NCBI GenBank assembly: GCA_903860135.1
Contig: CAIOPG010000009.1
Span: forward strand, 111,805 to 175,804
Direction of reading: 5' to 3'
Length of the DNA stretch: 64,000 nt
From: Candidatus Omnitrophota bacterium
GTDB taxonomy: Bacteria > Omnitrophota > Gorgyraeia > Zapsychrales > Fredricksoniimonadaceae
A program made the position numbers and the translations under genes. The notes below the pieces were generated by a model that was not told the DNA's origin, ran no database searches, and saw nothing but the letters and a program-made list of their open reading frames with translations. Shown here in pieces: positions 20,092 to 30,358 of this stretch. How positions within the stretch are numbered: position 1 is the first letter of the stretch; the number at the start of each line of letters is the position of its first letter.

Positions 20092-21600
20092 TTATAACTT
20101 TCTTTGTATGGCCACATGGTAGATCTGATATTTACCATGACCACCAAGATCTTTGGTAAAGACAGCTTCAAGGGTGATATCACCGAAAACCAAAATCTTT
20201 TTATTAAAATCAAAATTCATTACCTTCTGGACAGGACCTTTTGAATTCAAAACAACATACTCCGGTTGTTGGTCTTTTATAAAAGTTTCGAATGAACCTG
20301 CACTGTTTTGAAAAGAACTTTGGAAATATGTTGTCCCGATATCTTGATATCTTTCTTTGGGAAAGCCACTCTTGAGGATTATACTCTGCCAATAGACTGC
20401 AAAAGGATCCCAATCAATGAAGAAACATCTTCCTGAAGAAAGATTCTCCCGTAACCATCGCGATAAGTCATTAATATCTTCAGTTGAAACACTGTTCATA
20501 TAACGTAATGAAACGGATCTTGTTTGTGCAATATGATAAAAATTTATCAATAGCAATATCAGTAACAGACTGTATACCCACCACTTTTTTTGAAGAAAAC
20601 GATCGGAAATATGGTCGAATAAGAATACAGCATAGGGAATCAACAATAACCCAAGAATAAGGCTGTATTTTTCATGGTGCCATTGATGGGCAATAAATGA
20701 ATTGACAGATAATGATGTGAATCCAATAACGAAGAAGTATGCCAAAAACAACTTCTGTCCTGATAACTTGATCGAGGTGATCATCCCCAACAAACCACCT
20801 ATTAAAAATAAACCACCGGAACTGCGCCAAAGAACAGACAACCAGCTCCATAGAGAAGGATCATAAAAGATCTTTTTTTCCATGATCTCCATATTAGATG
20901 TTTGTGCCGAACGTTCAAAAGTATAAAATGGCAGATTAAACACAAAATAATTGAGGGCAAGCCATGCAACGGGTGCAATTAATAGAAGTCCTAAGAATAA
21001 TACAGAAGATTTCTTGTTTTTATTTAATAATATAAAAAAGAAAATAGGGATAAATAACCAGCATTCAAAACGTAATAGTGCCGCGATGTTAAAGGCTAAC
21101 GCCGATAAAATAAAAGACGAGGTTTTAGGCGTCTTAGAAATGTAATCAAGAAAGAAATATAATGCACTAAAAATAAAGAAATAATACATGGCCTCAGAAG
21201 TTGTAATGCAACTTTGAACAACATGTAATGGATAAAAAGCAAGGATCAAACACGAAAGGAAAGCAATGCGTTTAGAAAATATGACTTTAATACATCCATA
21301 AAAAGGCAATACCACGAGGATCCCAAATACAACAGTAATGATTTTAGGCAACAACATCGGATCTCGCCAAATAGATAAAAATATAGCCAAAAAATAAACA
21401 TACAGCATGGAACAATTGCCGTTGAAATTATGTCGAAATCCAGGGTAGTCAATCACTGACAAGGACTGTAAAACATTACTAATAGCAATCCCTGGCATAT
21501 TTTCATAACTTAGCAAACAAATCATACGGACCAGCATAGCCAGCAGGATCAACAATAAAATACGAAACTTCTCATTATTAAACCATACGAGTATTTTCAT
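20092..21600 (-). CDS. GT-C fold (PMT/ArnT-like) membrane glycosyltransferase
   Basis: Polytopic membrane protein with LAFYPLHVVQS..TSE and ALLRFE patterns; soluble C-terminal domain. Confidence 0.6.
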   Translation of the reverse strand: MKILVWFNNEKFRILLLILLAMLVRMICLLSYENMPGIAISNVLQSLSVIDYPGFRHNFNGNCSMLYVYFLAIFLSIWRDPMLLPKIITVVFGILVVLPFYGCIKVIFSKRIAFLSCLILAFYPLHVVQSCITTSEAMYYFFIFSALYFFLDYISKTPKTSSFILSALAFNIAALLRFECWLFIPIFFFILLNKNKKSSVLFLGLLLIAPVAWLALNYFVFNLPFYTFERSAQTSNMEIMEKKIFYDPSLWSWLSVLWRSSGGLFLIGGLLGMITSIKLSGQKLFLAYFFVIGFTSLSVNSFIAHQWHHEKYSLILGLLLIPYAVFLFDHISDRFLQKKWWVYSLLLILLLINFYHIAQTRSVSLRYMNSVSTEDINDLSRWLRENLSSGRCFFIDWDPFAVYWQSIILKSGFPKERYQDIGTTYFQSSFQNSAGSFETFIKDQQPEYVVLNSKGPVQKVMNFDFNKKILVFGDITLEAVFTKDLGGHGKYQIYHVAIQRKL

Positions 21601-23081
21601 ATTGAAGAATGCGGATCAATGTTTTCTTTTTCTTTCAATGCAATATGAGGATTAAGTTTGGGTTGATTGACAATACTTTTACGCAACCCCATATCTTCGA
21701 CCATTTTTGAAAAACTGAACACTCTTTCGGCACGTGCGTCACGGTTAAGGCCGTTACTATCCACAAAAAGCATGGGATCCAAATCCCAGCTTAGGCCATA
21801 ACACGCTGTATTTTGCCCAATATCAGATTCAGGAAAAAGTGTAAACCCTGAAATATTTGTGACTTCAGAAATATAGGCCTTATTGCGACGCAAAAAGACA
21901 GCCACTTCATCCAGGTCATTCTTTGTTTCTCCTGGGAAACCGACAATGATATTAACATTTGTACAGATACCCGCATTATGGGACATCCGTAAAACATTCT
22001 CTATTTCACTAGGGGTATAAAATTTCTTCATCCTGGTAAGTATACTTTTGGCTACATGTTCCATGCCATAAATAAGGGTATGACAACCAGCCTTCTTCAT
22101 TTTCTCACACAACCGTTCGGTCATATCCGAACGGATCACCGCATAGCTCACCCAATTAAACTTTAATCCGGAATCAATGATCAGATCACACAAAGATTCC
22201 AGCAAACGTAAATTCCCGTTGCATAACAGGTCATTCCATTCAAAGGCTTTTGTTTTGTTGATCCGGCAATGGTACTCAATTTCACGAAAGGCATGTTCTG
22301 CTGAACGCGACCTGTATTTCGGCCAAAGGATATGATCAATGCAATACGAACACTTATTGATACAGCCGCGGGTTAACAATAAAGGTAAGGGTTTATAGTC
22401 ATTCCCATTATTGTATAATGAAAGATCAAATTCTTCATATGTTGGAAAAGGCAAAAGATCAAGATCAACGCAAGGGATCGCCGGGATAGGTGTGCCACGG
22501 CCTACTTCTTTGGCCGGAAAAATACCAGGTTCAAGTTCAATGCGTTCCCCTTTTTTTATACGTTTGATCAAGGACAAAAAAACCATTTCGCCTTCACCTA
22601 TGACAAAATAGTCTACGAATCCCGGTGTGATCAATTCTCTGGGATGTATAAAATATGTTGCCGCACCACCGAAAACGATAATACGGTTACTATCATACGC
22701 TTTGATATTTTCGGCCAGTTTATTGGCTAAGAAAATACTGACCATATTGACTGAAAAAGCAATGATCTTGACATCAGAGCGAATGACCCAAGCGATAAAA
22801 TCAAGTAACTCGCCGTTGAACTTATCAAATATAATGTCTGCTATTTCCGCTTGATAGAATGAATTGGTACTGTCCGGAGACCAAAGATCCTTAATATTAT
22901 CGACACTTTTGTTAAACAATAAAATATTCAGATCGACCAATTCAACAGAACACTGTTGTTGTTTCAAATATGCCGTTAAATACGCGGGACCTAAGGGGGG
23001 CATCTTTGTAAATAATGGCGGTGGAATGATCAGCAATACATCCTTACCATCAAGATGATAGCGTGAAAGATCCAATGACAT
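21597..23081 (-). CDS. B12-binding radical SAM enzyme
   Basis: PPLGPAYL and GEGE B12-domain motifs; TRGCINKCSYC; IIVGFPGET. Confidence 0.9.
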   Translation of the reverse strand: MSLDLSRYHLDGKDVLLIIPPPLFTKMPPLGPAYLTAYLKQQQCSVELVDLNILLFNKSVDNIKDLWSPDSTNSFYQAEIADIIFDKFNGELLDFIAWVIRSDVKIIAFSVNMVSIFLANKLAENIKAYDSNRIIVFGGAATYFIHPRELITPGFVDYFVIGEGEMVFLSLIKRIKKGERIELEPGIFPAKEVGRGTPIPAIPCVDLDLLPFPTYEEFDLSLYNNGNDYKPLPLLLTRGCINKCSYCIDHILWPKYRSRSAEHAFREIEYHCRINKTKAFEWNDLLCNGNLRLLESLCDLIIDSGLKFNWVSYAVIRSDMTERLCEKMKKAGCHTLIYGMEHVAKSILTRMKKFYTPSEIENVLRMSHNAGICTNVNIIVGFPGETKNDLDEVAVFLRRNKAYISEVTNISGFTLFPESDIGQNTACYGLSWDLDPMLFVDSNGLNRDARAERVFSFSKMVEDMGLRKSIVNQPKLNPHIALKEKENIDPHSSI

Positions 23082-23115
23082 AAATATTCTTTCCTTACAT
23101 AATAGAAAAATTTAT

Positions 23116-24222
23116 CTAACTTTTACAACAGCGGCCACAAACCTTAAGAGGTTCTTCTTTTATCATTTTTCTGAACTGTTGATAGCTCTTTGAATGCCAT
23201 ATGACTTCCAAAGAGTCTTTGCGGATATTGCCAAACACACAGCATGTTAGAAATTGACACGGTAGAATATCGCCATTATGATTGATAAAAACAGAGTGGG
23301 ATATGAATCGGCAATGATTTTTCCGTAGCGGGTTATCGCTATACCAATCACGCATCTGTTCATCCGTCAGATGCGGTTTCATATATACAGGCAAGTCCGC
23401 ATACTGAAGAAGCCGCCTCAAATGAAGAACTTTATTGATAAAACCTTCCGGTAAATTCTTCTCGAGCAAAAAGATTTCCGGCTTTAAATCAAGGCCATTA
23501 ACAATAAAAGGGATCGATCGGGCATATTCAGCTGGAGTCATAAAATTAAATTGTTCTATCTTGATTGAATCAACTCCTATCAAACGTAAATCAACGAATA
23601 AAGACGGTAATGAAGCAATATTTTCAGGCAACGGGATACAGCTGACCATAATACGCATGCCTGTGCGTTTATTCTTGATCAACCGTTTTAAATTTTCTAT
23701 TGTTCGATCAAATGCGCCTGTGATGCCTACAACTTGATCATGAATTTCACGAGTGCCATACAGCGACACGATCAAGATATCCACATATTTCAAAGCAGAT
23801 ATTAAACTATCACCGTGCAGAAGAGATCCGTTGGTCGTCAACATGCATTTAAGACCATTTTGCTTGATGCAAGCTAATATATCATTAAAATCTTTACACA
23901 TAAACGGCTCACCACCGCTAAAATGTACTACCGACTGAAATTTCCTGATACTTCCAATGAAATTCTTAATTGTTAGTAGATCCATACTTTGAATTGGCAC
24001 ACAATCATTTGAACGCTTGAGCGTTGAAACACACATCCGGCACACATAATTGCATTTTAAAGTTATCAGAAAGTTAATAGTTAAGGGGAAGTTTGTCGGT
24101 TGCCCGCTAAGAAAGTTGATCGCTCCGGTAAAAATATTTCTTGGGATAAAGACATAACGGTAGAGTTTATAAATGAGCAGATTAGATAAGAATGAATTAA
24201 ATATCTGATTAAGAAAGTTCAT
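23116..24222 (-). CDS. Radical SAM/SPASM-domain protein
   Basis: CNYVCRMC, SGGEPF, TTNG; C-terminal C..GDILPC..FGNI..CGRCC. Confidence 0.9.
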   Translation of the reverse strand: MNFLNQIFNSFLSNLLIYKLYRYVFIPRNIFTGAINFLSGQPTNFPLTINFLITLKCNYVCRMCVSTLKRSNDCVPIQSMDLLTIKNFIGSIRKFQSVVHFSGGEPFMCKDFNDILACIKQNGLKCMLTTNGSLLHGDSLISALKYVDILIVSLYGTREIHDQVVGITGAFDRTIENLKRLIKNKRTGMRIMVSCIPLPENIASLPSLFVDLRLIGVDSIKIEQFNFMTPAEYARSIPFIVNGLDLKPEIFLLEKNLPEGFINKVLHLRRLLQYADLPVYMKPHLTDEQMRDWYSDNPLRKNHCRFISHSVFINHNGDILPCQFLTCCVFGNIRKDSLEVIWHSKSYQQFRKMIKEEPLKVCGRCCKS

Positions 24223-24229
24223 AAAAAGA

Positions 24230-25924
24230 TTACCTGATAATCAGAAAGTTATTCAAAACTAAAACATCCAGAGCGCACTCGTTGAACGAATGTAAGGCAT
24301 CCTGAAATGAGCATACGATAGGTTCTTCATGCCTGTTAAAACTTGTGTTTAATACTGTCGCTACGCCTTTCTTTTGTTCATATTTCTCAAGTATCCTGTA
24401 TATTCTTGGATTATCAGCCATTGACACGATCTGGGGGCGTGCTGTGCCATCAATGTGAGCAGCGGCAGGACATAGATCCTTTAATCTGTCCGTTCCATCA
24501 ACAGCAAAAGTCATAAATTTCAAAGCATACGTCATGTTATCGATACCCTTATAAAAACCTGCCGCCTCCCTATCAAGGCTTATGGGAGCAAACGGCATAA
24601 AAGAAGAACGATCCATTTTTTTGTTTAACCATTCCATGGCGGATACATCATCAGCCCTGTATAGAATAGAACGATTCCCCAGAGATCGCGGACCAAACTC
24701 CATTCGCCCGTTAAAATGACCTACGGTACATCCTTGGGCCAACAAATCCGCTACGCGCGCACACAAAGAGTCTTCTTCCAGAAAAGTAAATGTTACTTTT
24801 TCATTGTCCAGAAATGATCGAATATCAGCATTATCATATTGCGGGCCAAGATAAACATTCCTAAAACAAAAAGGTTCCGGCTTTAGGAATGCCAACCCGG
24901 CACCAACAGCCAACCCACCATCACCCATGTGCGGAAATACGTAAACATTTTCTATTTTTTTAACGTCTTTGATCCGATGATTGAGACTAACATTAGCGGC
25001 AATGCCCCCGGCCAACGCAACCCTGAATATATCTGTTTTGGCAACCCAATATGAAACGAACTTTACTATTTCATCTTCAAAGTTCTTTTGAAAATTAAAG
25101 GCTACGTCTTCTCTGGAATAGCCCTTTAACTGTTTGTACACACCACTTTTCATGGATTCTGGAATGAAATGATTCTTCCAGTTAAAACCTTCGGTCTTTT
25201 TGATAAAGCTTAAACTGGATTTAGCAACAGCCATTATATCTTCATTAAAACGACCAAAAGATGCCAAACTCGTGATCTTACCTTCATGTCTTAACGCCAT
25301 AAACCCGAGAAATTCAGTCAACCTTTGGTAATAAGTACCGATCGCACTAAAACCTGACTGTTCATAAATACGTTTAAGTTCATTGCCATAACCAATATTA
25401 ACCGTCACACTGACACCATCACCCATGGCATCAAGCGTGAACACCAGCGTTTTTTCATTGTTTCCACTCGAATAATAGGCACCTGCCGCATGGGCTTCAT
25501 GATGATCAATGCAATGAACCGGGGCATGAATACCCAAACGACCAAGGCGAAAAGCTATGATCTTGCCTGAAAGGAATGCTTCTATACGCTCAGGGAACCT
25601 CATGTGCCGCAAAGTTACCTGATAAATAATATACAGATTCAATAAAAAACTAAATTGTGATTCTCTTTCTCTTAGACCGCTATGCCACGAAGGTAAAAGA
25701 CGCAGCATACTGGCAGGTGTCATGCGCGATGCCAGCAAAACGTGGTCAACGGTTGACGGGAGAATGCCTGTATGCTGTAAACATGCTTGTATCGATAATA
25801 GGGGAAAGCCACCTTGAAGCTTATGCCTGGTCAACCGTTCCTCATTCACAGCAAAAAGTAATTCATGATCTCTAAAAATACAGGCACCACTATCATGATT
25901 ATCAGAAATGCTTAGTGTGATCAT
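24230..25924 (-). CDS. Carbamoyltransferase (CmcH/NodU family)
   Basis: HDS, NEERLTR, HHEAHA, DAMGD, PHMGDGG, EFGPRSLGNRS, LNTSFN. Confidence 0.92.
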   Translation of the reverse strand: MITLSISDNHDSGACIFRDHELLFAVNEERLTRHKLQGGFPLLSIQACLQHTGILPSTVDHVLLASRMTPASMLRLLPSWHSGLRERESQFSFLLNLYIIYQVTLRHMRFPERIEAFLSGKIIAFRLGRLGIHAPVHCIDHHEAHAAGAYYSSGNNEKTLVFTLDAMGDGVSVTVNIGYGNELKRIYEQSGFSAIGTYYQRLTEFLGFMALRHEGKITSLASFGRFNEDIMAVAKSSLSFIKKTEGFNWKNHFIPESMKSGVYKQLKGYSREDVAFNFQKNFEDEIVKFVSYWVAKTDIFRVALAGGIAANVSLNHRIKDVKKIENVYVFPHMGDGGLAVGAGLAFLKPEPFCFRNVYLGPQYDNADIRSFLDNEKVTFTFLEEDSLCARVADLLAQGCTVGHFNGRMEFGPRSLGNRSILYRADDVSAMEWLNKKMDRSSFMPFAPISLDREAAGFYKGIDNMTYALKFMTFAVDGTDRLKDLCPAAAHIDGTARPQIVSMADNPRIYRILEKYEQKKGVATVLNTSFNRHEEPIVCSFQDALHSFNECALDVLVLNNFLIIR

Positions 25925-25943
25925 ACGATCAACTCAAAAAATG

Positions 25944-27458
25944 TTAGGTAGCCGAACGATTAACCAATGAAATTTCTTTGTTACTATTGGATGTCTCAAC
26001 AACAGCACCAAAAGCAGAAAATGCCTTGTTGATTTCGCTAAAAGAAAGTCGTTGCAACTGATAAAGGAACTGTTTGGGGCGAAAATAAAATTCCCGGATC
26101 GCCTTCTTTTGAAGAAGCCTGAGTTTCTCTGCTGTTAATCCAGGCGTCACCCAAATAGGAACCTGTCCCGTAAAAGCAATATATGAAGAATACCTTTGCC
26201 AAACAGAAGTATCCAAAGTTCCATCCGCCCTCACCCCGGTATCAATTTCACCCTTGCTCGATAACTCATGAAACATGGGAGAGCCTGGGTAAGGAACAAA
26301 AATACTGAATTGTGCCATATCCAAAGGTAATTTTTTGGCGAAAGCGATGGTCTGCAGTGAATCCTGGTACGTTTCTCCAGGTAAACCCAGAATAAAAAGA
26401 CCGCCAATAACGATCCGTGTGTGTTTCTTGACCAAGGCAATGCTGTATTCTATATCAGCCAAATTGGTACCTTTATTAACACGTTCTAATAAGCTTTGCA
26501 CGCCGGATTCAATGCCAAAAGACATATCATGACAACCGGCAGACTCCATGGCACGGATCATCTCGGTGTCGATGCAATTAACATGCGCTTCACACCCCCA
26601 ACGGAATTTAAGTTTTGACTCCTTGATCTTATGGCAAAGCTCAAGTGTTCTCTGTTTATCAACCGCGAAGATAGGATCCATGAAGAAAATGTAATTGGTC
26701 TTGTATTGTTCAATAAGCACCTGTATTTCTTCCAAAACCTGGGGAATACTATAATGCCTTCGCCCATGATGCTTTTGTACAGCACAAAAAGCACAGTTAA
26801 ACGGACAGCCTCGCGACGTGAACATATGTTTGGCAACACGTCCCAGGCGATAACTGTAGGGCATATTGGTAATGTTGGGGAAATTGTAAAGTTTGGGATC
26901 AAGCATATCTCTGGCAGGAAGAGGCAATGATGCCAAATCTTTTACAAGAGCACATTCTGTAGGTGGACGATAACAACCATTTAACAAAAGGGATAAAGAA
27001 GGAATGTCTGCCAAACTGCTTTTATCTTCAATCTGTTTGATGATCCTTACAAATACTTCTTCCCCATCGCCATGAACCACACAATCAGCACAGCCACTTC
27101 TCAAGTAAGCTTCTGCGTAGGCTCCTGCGTGTACATTGCCCAATACCACGAAAATACCAGGGCAGTTTTGTTTTACCCATCGACCGATCTCAAAAACAAC
27201 TTCTCCATTGGAAATAAAAGAAGTCAGTCCGATCACATCCGGTTTTGTTTTTACAATAAAGTCTTTTACCATCTCATTAGAAAACTTGGCAGCAAAAGCA
27301 TCCAGAACTTTTACATCATAACCGGATTGTCTGATATATGCCGCTATCGAGAGTAACCCCAGCGGTTCCAGAACAGGCATAAATTGAGAGCCTTTGCCTA
27401 AGAAATTTTGCAAATCATCGGGTGGATTAATCAATAATATCTTTAATGGTTTAATCAT
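25944..27458 (-). CDS. B12-binding radical SAM enzyme
   Basis: LLINPP, EPLGLLSIAA, GDGE, TSRGCPFNCAFC, FGIESG, FILGLPGET. Confidence 0.92.
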   Translation of the reverse strand: MIKPLKILLINPPDDLQNFLGKGSQFMPVLEPLGLLSIAAYIRQSGYDVKVLDAFAAKFSNEMVKDFIVKTKPDVIGLTSFISNGEVVFEIGRWVKQNCPGIFVVLGNVHAGAYAEAYLRSGCADCVVHGDGEEVFVRIIKQIEDKSSLADIPSLSLLLNGCYRPPTECALVKDLASLPLPARDMLDPKLYNFPNITNMPYSYRLGRVAKHMFTSRGCPFNCAFCAVQKHHGRRHYSIPQVLEEIQVLIEQYKTNYIFFMDPIFAVDKQRTLELCHKIKESKLKFRWGCEAHVNCIDTEMIRAMESAGCHDMSFGIESGVQSLLERVNKGTNLADIEYSIALVKKHTRIVIGGLFILGLPGETYQDSLQTIAFAKKLPLDMAQFSIFVPYPGSPMFHELSSKGEIDTGVRADGTLDTSVWQRYSSYIAFTGQVPIWVTPGLTAEKLRLLQKKAIREFYFRPKQFLYQLQRLSFSEINKAFSAFGAVVETSNSNKEISLVNRSAT

Positions 27459-29391
27459 GCATGATTTCCTTAAGGTTAAAGATCAACGCATCGATCTCTT
27501 CGGCAGTGGTCCATTTGCTCAAACTTATGCGCATAGCCTGCAGGGCCTCATCAAGGGAACGACCCATCGCCAATAAAACACTGCTGGGGATCAAGACGCG
27601 CGAAGAACAAGCCGCTCCTGTAGCAATATAGATCCCGCGCTGATTTAATTGCGTGACAATATCTTTACCACTTCTATTCTTGAAGGAAATATTTATATTA
27701 TTGCAAAGTCTGTTATGGGCAGGACCATTCAATTGTGCACTATCAAAATCTTGCGTTAAACGTGAAATACAGTAATCCCGCAACTGTGCGATTTGACTGA
27801 TGTGTTCTTCCTGCGCGATATCAACAGCTTTCCCAAATCCCGCAATGCCATGGACATTATATGTACCCGAACGTAAATCTTGTTCCTGACCACCCCCATG
27901 CAAAAGCGGTGCCATGGAGATCCCTTTACGAACATATAATGCACCGACACCGCCCGGGCCATAGATTTTATGGGCACTAAGACTGACCATATCCAATTTT
28001 TGTTGTTGAACATTCAATTCAACTTTGGTGAAACTCTGGCACGCATCAACATGAAAGGCTACACCATTCTGGCGGCAAATTTCTCCAATAGCGGCAACAG
28101 GTTCAATGGTCCCAATCTCATTATTGGCATGCATGATCGAAACAAGGATCGTATCTTTCCTTATCAATCGAAGAACTTCGTCAGGATCAATAAAGCCCTC
28201 AGCGTTGACGCCAACGACTGAAATATTAAATCCAAAATTCTTTAACCATACCGCAGGCGCCATAACACTGGGATGTTCTATCGCGGAAATTATAATGTGC
28301 CTTCCCTCGCCTTGATGAGCAAAAGCAAATCCTTTAATGGCAAAATTATTAGATTCAGTACCGCCAGATGTAAAAATAACTTCGTCCGGCTCGGCATTGA
28401 TCCTTTTGGCAATCTCGGTACGCACATCCTCAATAATTTTCTTTCCTTGTATGCCGCGTTCATGCGACGCAGAGGCATTACCAACATACACTTGCTGTAA
28501 ATGCGCCATGACTTTAATAACTTCCGGGTCAAGTTTGGTCGTCGCATTATTATCAAAATAAATCGACGTCGGCACTGTCAATTGCACCTGTTTTCTTGTC
28601 AGTGAATGACGCAAAGAAGAAAATCTTTGTGTATCATGAGCAAAGAACTTATCAGATATATAATTCAAATAACCATATTTCAAGGTACAACAACCACCTT
28701 GTTCCTTAAAAATAACTTTTAACGGCAATCGCAATAAATTAAAGACAAGGCTCATCAGACACGACGGTTGCGTGCTTCTATACTGACTATATAACCCCTT
28801 ACCTAATTCTATGCCCAAACTTTTTAGAAAGACAACCCTGTTTTCCGTAGAATCCTTGTATAAACCTATAAATCTTAATAAAGAAATAATTTTATTATTA
28901 TTTAACGAATGTACGGATTCATCGTAATAATTTGGCGCGACTATCATTATTCCGTAAGTTTTATAAATTTCAGCCAACAATCCTTTTACATCTTTATGCT
29001 GCTCTAAAGCATGGGAATCATAGAAATTGCTTCCATCAAGGACACAGTCAATCCCCTGCGCTTTACAATATTTGATTGTATACATATGCATGGCACACTT
29101 GCAACCCAAACACCAGGAATAAAGGAATTTATATTTTAAATTATCCAATACACACCGTAAAGGGCCGCCTCTACTGGAGGTAATAAATTTTCGTATATCT
29201 ATGATGTGATGTTCAAGCTTATGACCGTATATTCTTTGTAATTGTAGAAAACTTCGAGATGAAAATTTTTCATTGATCATACCCGGGACAAGGTAAGTGA
29301 TCAGGACGAGTTTGTCATATTTATCGACACTCTTAACCACCGTATATGTTGAATCAACACCTCCGGAAAACAATACAACCGCAGTATTCAT
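27451..29391 (-). CDS. Fusion: PP-loop adenine-nucleotide alpha-hydrolase domain + IscS/NifS-type cysteine desulfurase
   Basis: N-terminal LFSGGVDS and CLGCKC; from about 28563 IYFDNNATT, FTSGGTESNN, SAHKIYGP (PLP lysine), GAACSS (catalytic Cys). Confidence 0.85.
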   Translation of the reverse strand: MNTAVVLFSGGVDSTYTVVKSVDKYDKLVLITYLVPGMINEKFSSRSFLQLQRIYGHKLEHHIIDIRKFITSSRGGPLRCVLDNLKYKFLYSWCLGCKCAMHMYTIKYCKAQGIDCVLDGSNFYDSHALEQHKDVKGLLAEIYKTYGIMIVAPNYYDESVHSLNNNKIISLLRFIGLYKDSTENRVVFLKSLGIELGKGLYSQYRSTQPSCLMSLVFNLLRLPLKVIFKEQGGCCTLKYGYLNYISDKFFAHDTQRFSSLRHSLTRKQVQLTVPTSIYFDNNATTKLDPEVIKVMAHLQQVYVGNASASHERGIQGKKIIEDVRTEIAKRINAEPDEVIFTSGGTESNNFAIKGFAFAHQGEGRHIIISAIEHPSVMAPAVWLKNFGFNISVVGVNAEGFIDPDEVLRLIRKDTILVSIMHANNEIGTIEPVAAIGEICRQNGVAFHVDACQSFTKVELNVQQQKLDMVSLSAHKIYGPGGVGALYVRKGISMAPLLHGGGQEQDLRSGTYNVHGIAGFGKAVDIAQEEHISQIAQLRDYCISRLTQDFDSAQLNGPAHNRLCNNINISFKNRSGKDIVTQLNQRGIYIATGAACSSRVLIPSSVLLAMGRSLDEALQAMRISLSKWTTAEEIDALIFNLKEIMHD

Positions 29392-29437
29392 ATTGACTCC
29401 CTGTCAATTTGTAAAATACGGCATTTAAGTATGAAAT

Positions 29438-30358
29438 TCACAAAATATTCCTGATAAAATATGTTTTCTTTTTCTCATAATAGATACGCATGGTTATTTC
29501 AGCAATAAGACCCATCAGGATCAACTGCAACCCAATAATCGAAAACATAACAAAAAGAAACAATAATGGACTAACCCATATGCCATTATAAAATACTTTC
29601 CTTATAATAATGATTAAACCAACACAGAAAGAAAGAAATATCAAAGAAATACCGCATCCTCCAAAAATATACATAGGCTTATTCAAATAATTATTAATGA
29701 ATTCTGCGACAAAGAAATCCAGGATCAATCGAAAAACACGCGACAACCCATATTTCGACTTTCCTGCAATACGTTTGCGATGCGACACAGCTATTTCAGC
29801 GACTAACCCACCTTGCCTGGCGACATAAATCACCATAAGGCGATGCATTTCACTATATAAACGAAAACGTTCAAATACAACCTTGCGATAGGCTTTAAGC
29901 GTACACCCCACATCATGCAATTTTATACCGGTGATTTTAGAAATTAATAAATTTGCCAGGTAGGAAGGTACCTTTCGGATAAGGAAGGGGTCTTGTCGGC
30001 TCTTGCGCCAGCCACTCACAACATCAAAACCTTCTTCAAGTTTAGCCAATAAGGATGGTATATCTTTGGGATCATTTTGAAGATCGGCATCAAAGAATAC
30101 CAGAACCTCACCTGAAGCATGATCGATGCCGGCCTGCATCGCTTCTGTCTGGCCAAAATGACGCGTAAATTCTATAACACGAATATGAGAATAATCAGTT
30201 CTAATTTGTTTTAATACCGATAAACTATGATCAACACTCCCATCATCAACATAAATGATCTCATACGGCCCTATCATCTTCAAGGCATTAACGATTTCCT
30301 CTTGCAAGACGGGCAAATTAGCTTCTTCATTATAAACAGGGATAATAATTGAAATCAT
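29438..30358 (-). CDS. GT2 glycosyltransferase (ArnC/DPM-like, polyprenol-phosphate)
   Basis: IIIPVYNEE, VDDGS, DADLQNDP, two C-terminal TM helices. Confidence 0.9.
   Translation of the reverse strand: MISIIIPVYNEEANLPVLQEEIVNALKMIGPYEIIYVDDGSVDHSLSVLKQIRTDYSHIRVIEFTRHFGQTEAMQAGIDHASGEVLVFFDADLQNDPKDIPSLLAKLEEGFDVVSGWRKSRQDPFLIRKVPSYLANLLISKITGIKLHDVGCTLKAYRKVVFERFRLYSEMHRLMVIYVARQGGLVAEIAVSHRKRIAGKSKYGLSRVFRLILDFFVAEFINNYLNKPMYIFGGCGISLIFLSFCVGLIIIIRKVFYNGIWVSPLLFLFVMFSIIGLQLILMGLIAEITMRIYYEKKKTYFIRNIL

Noticed and set aside
27451-29391. Dnd/Ssp DNA phosphorothioation system
   Set aside because: No dndB/D/E or ssp genes in the window; the context is glycan biosynthesis.
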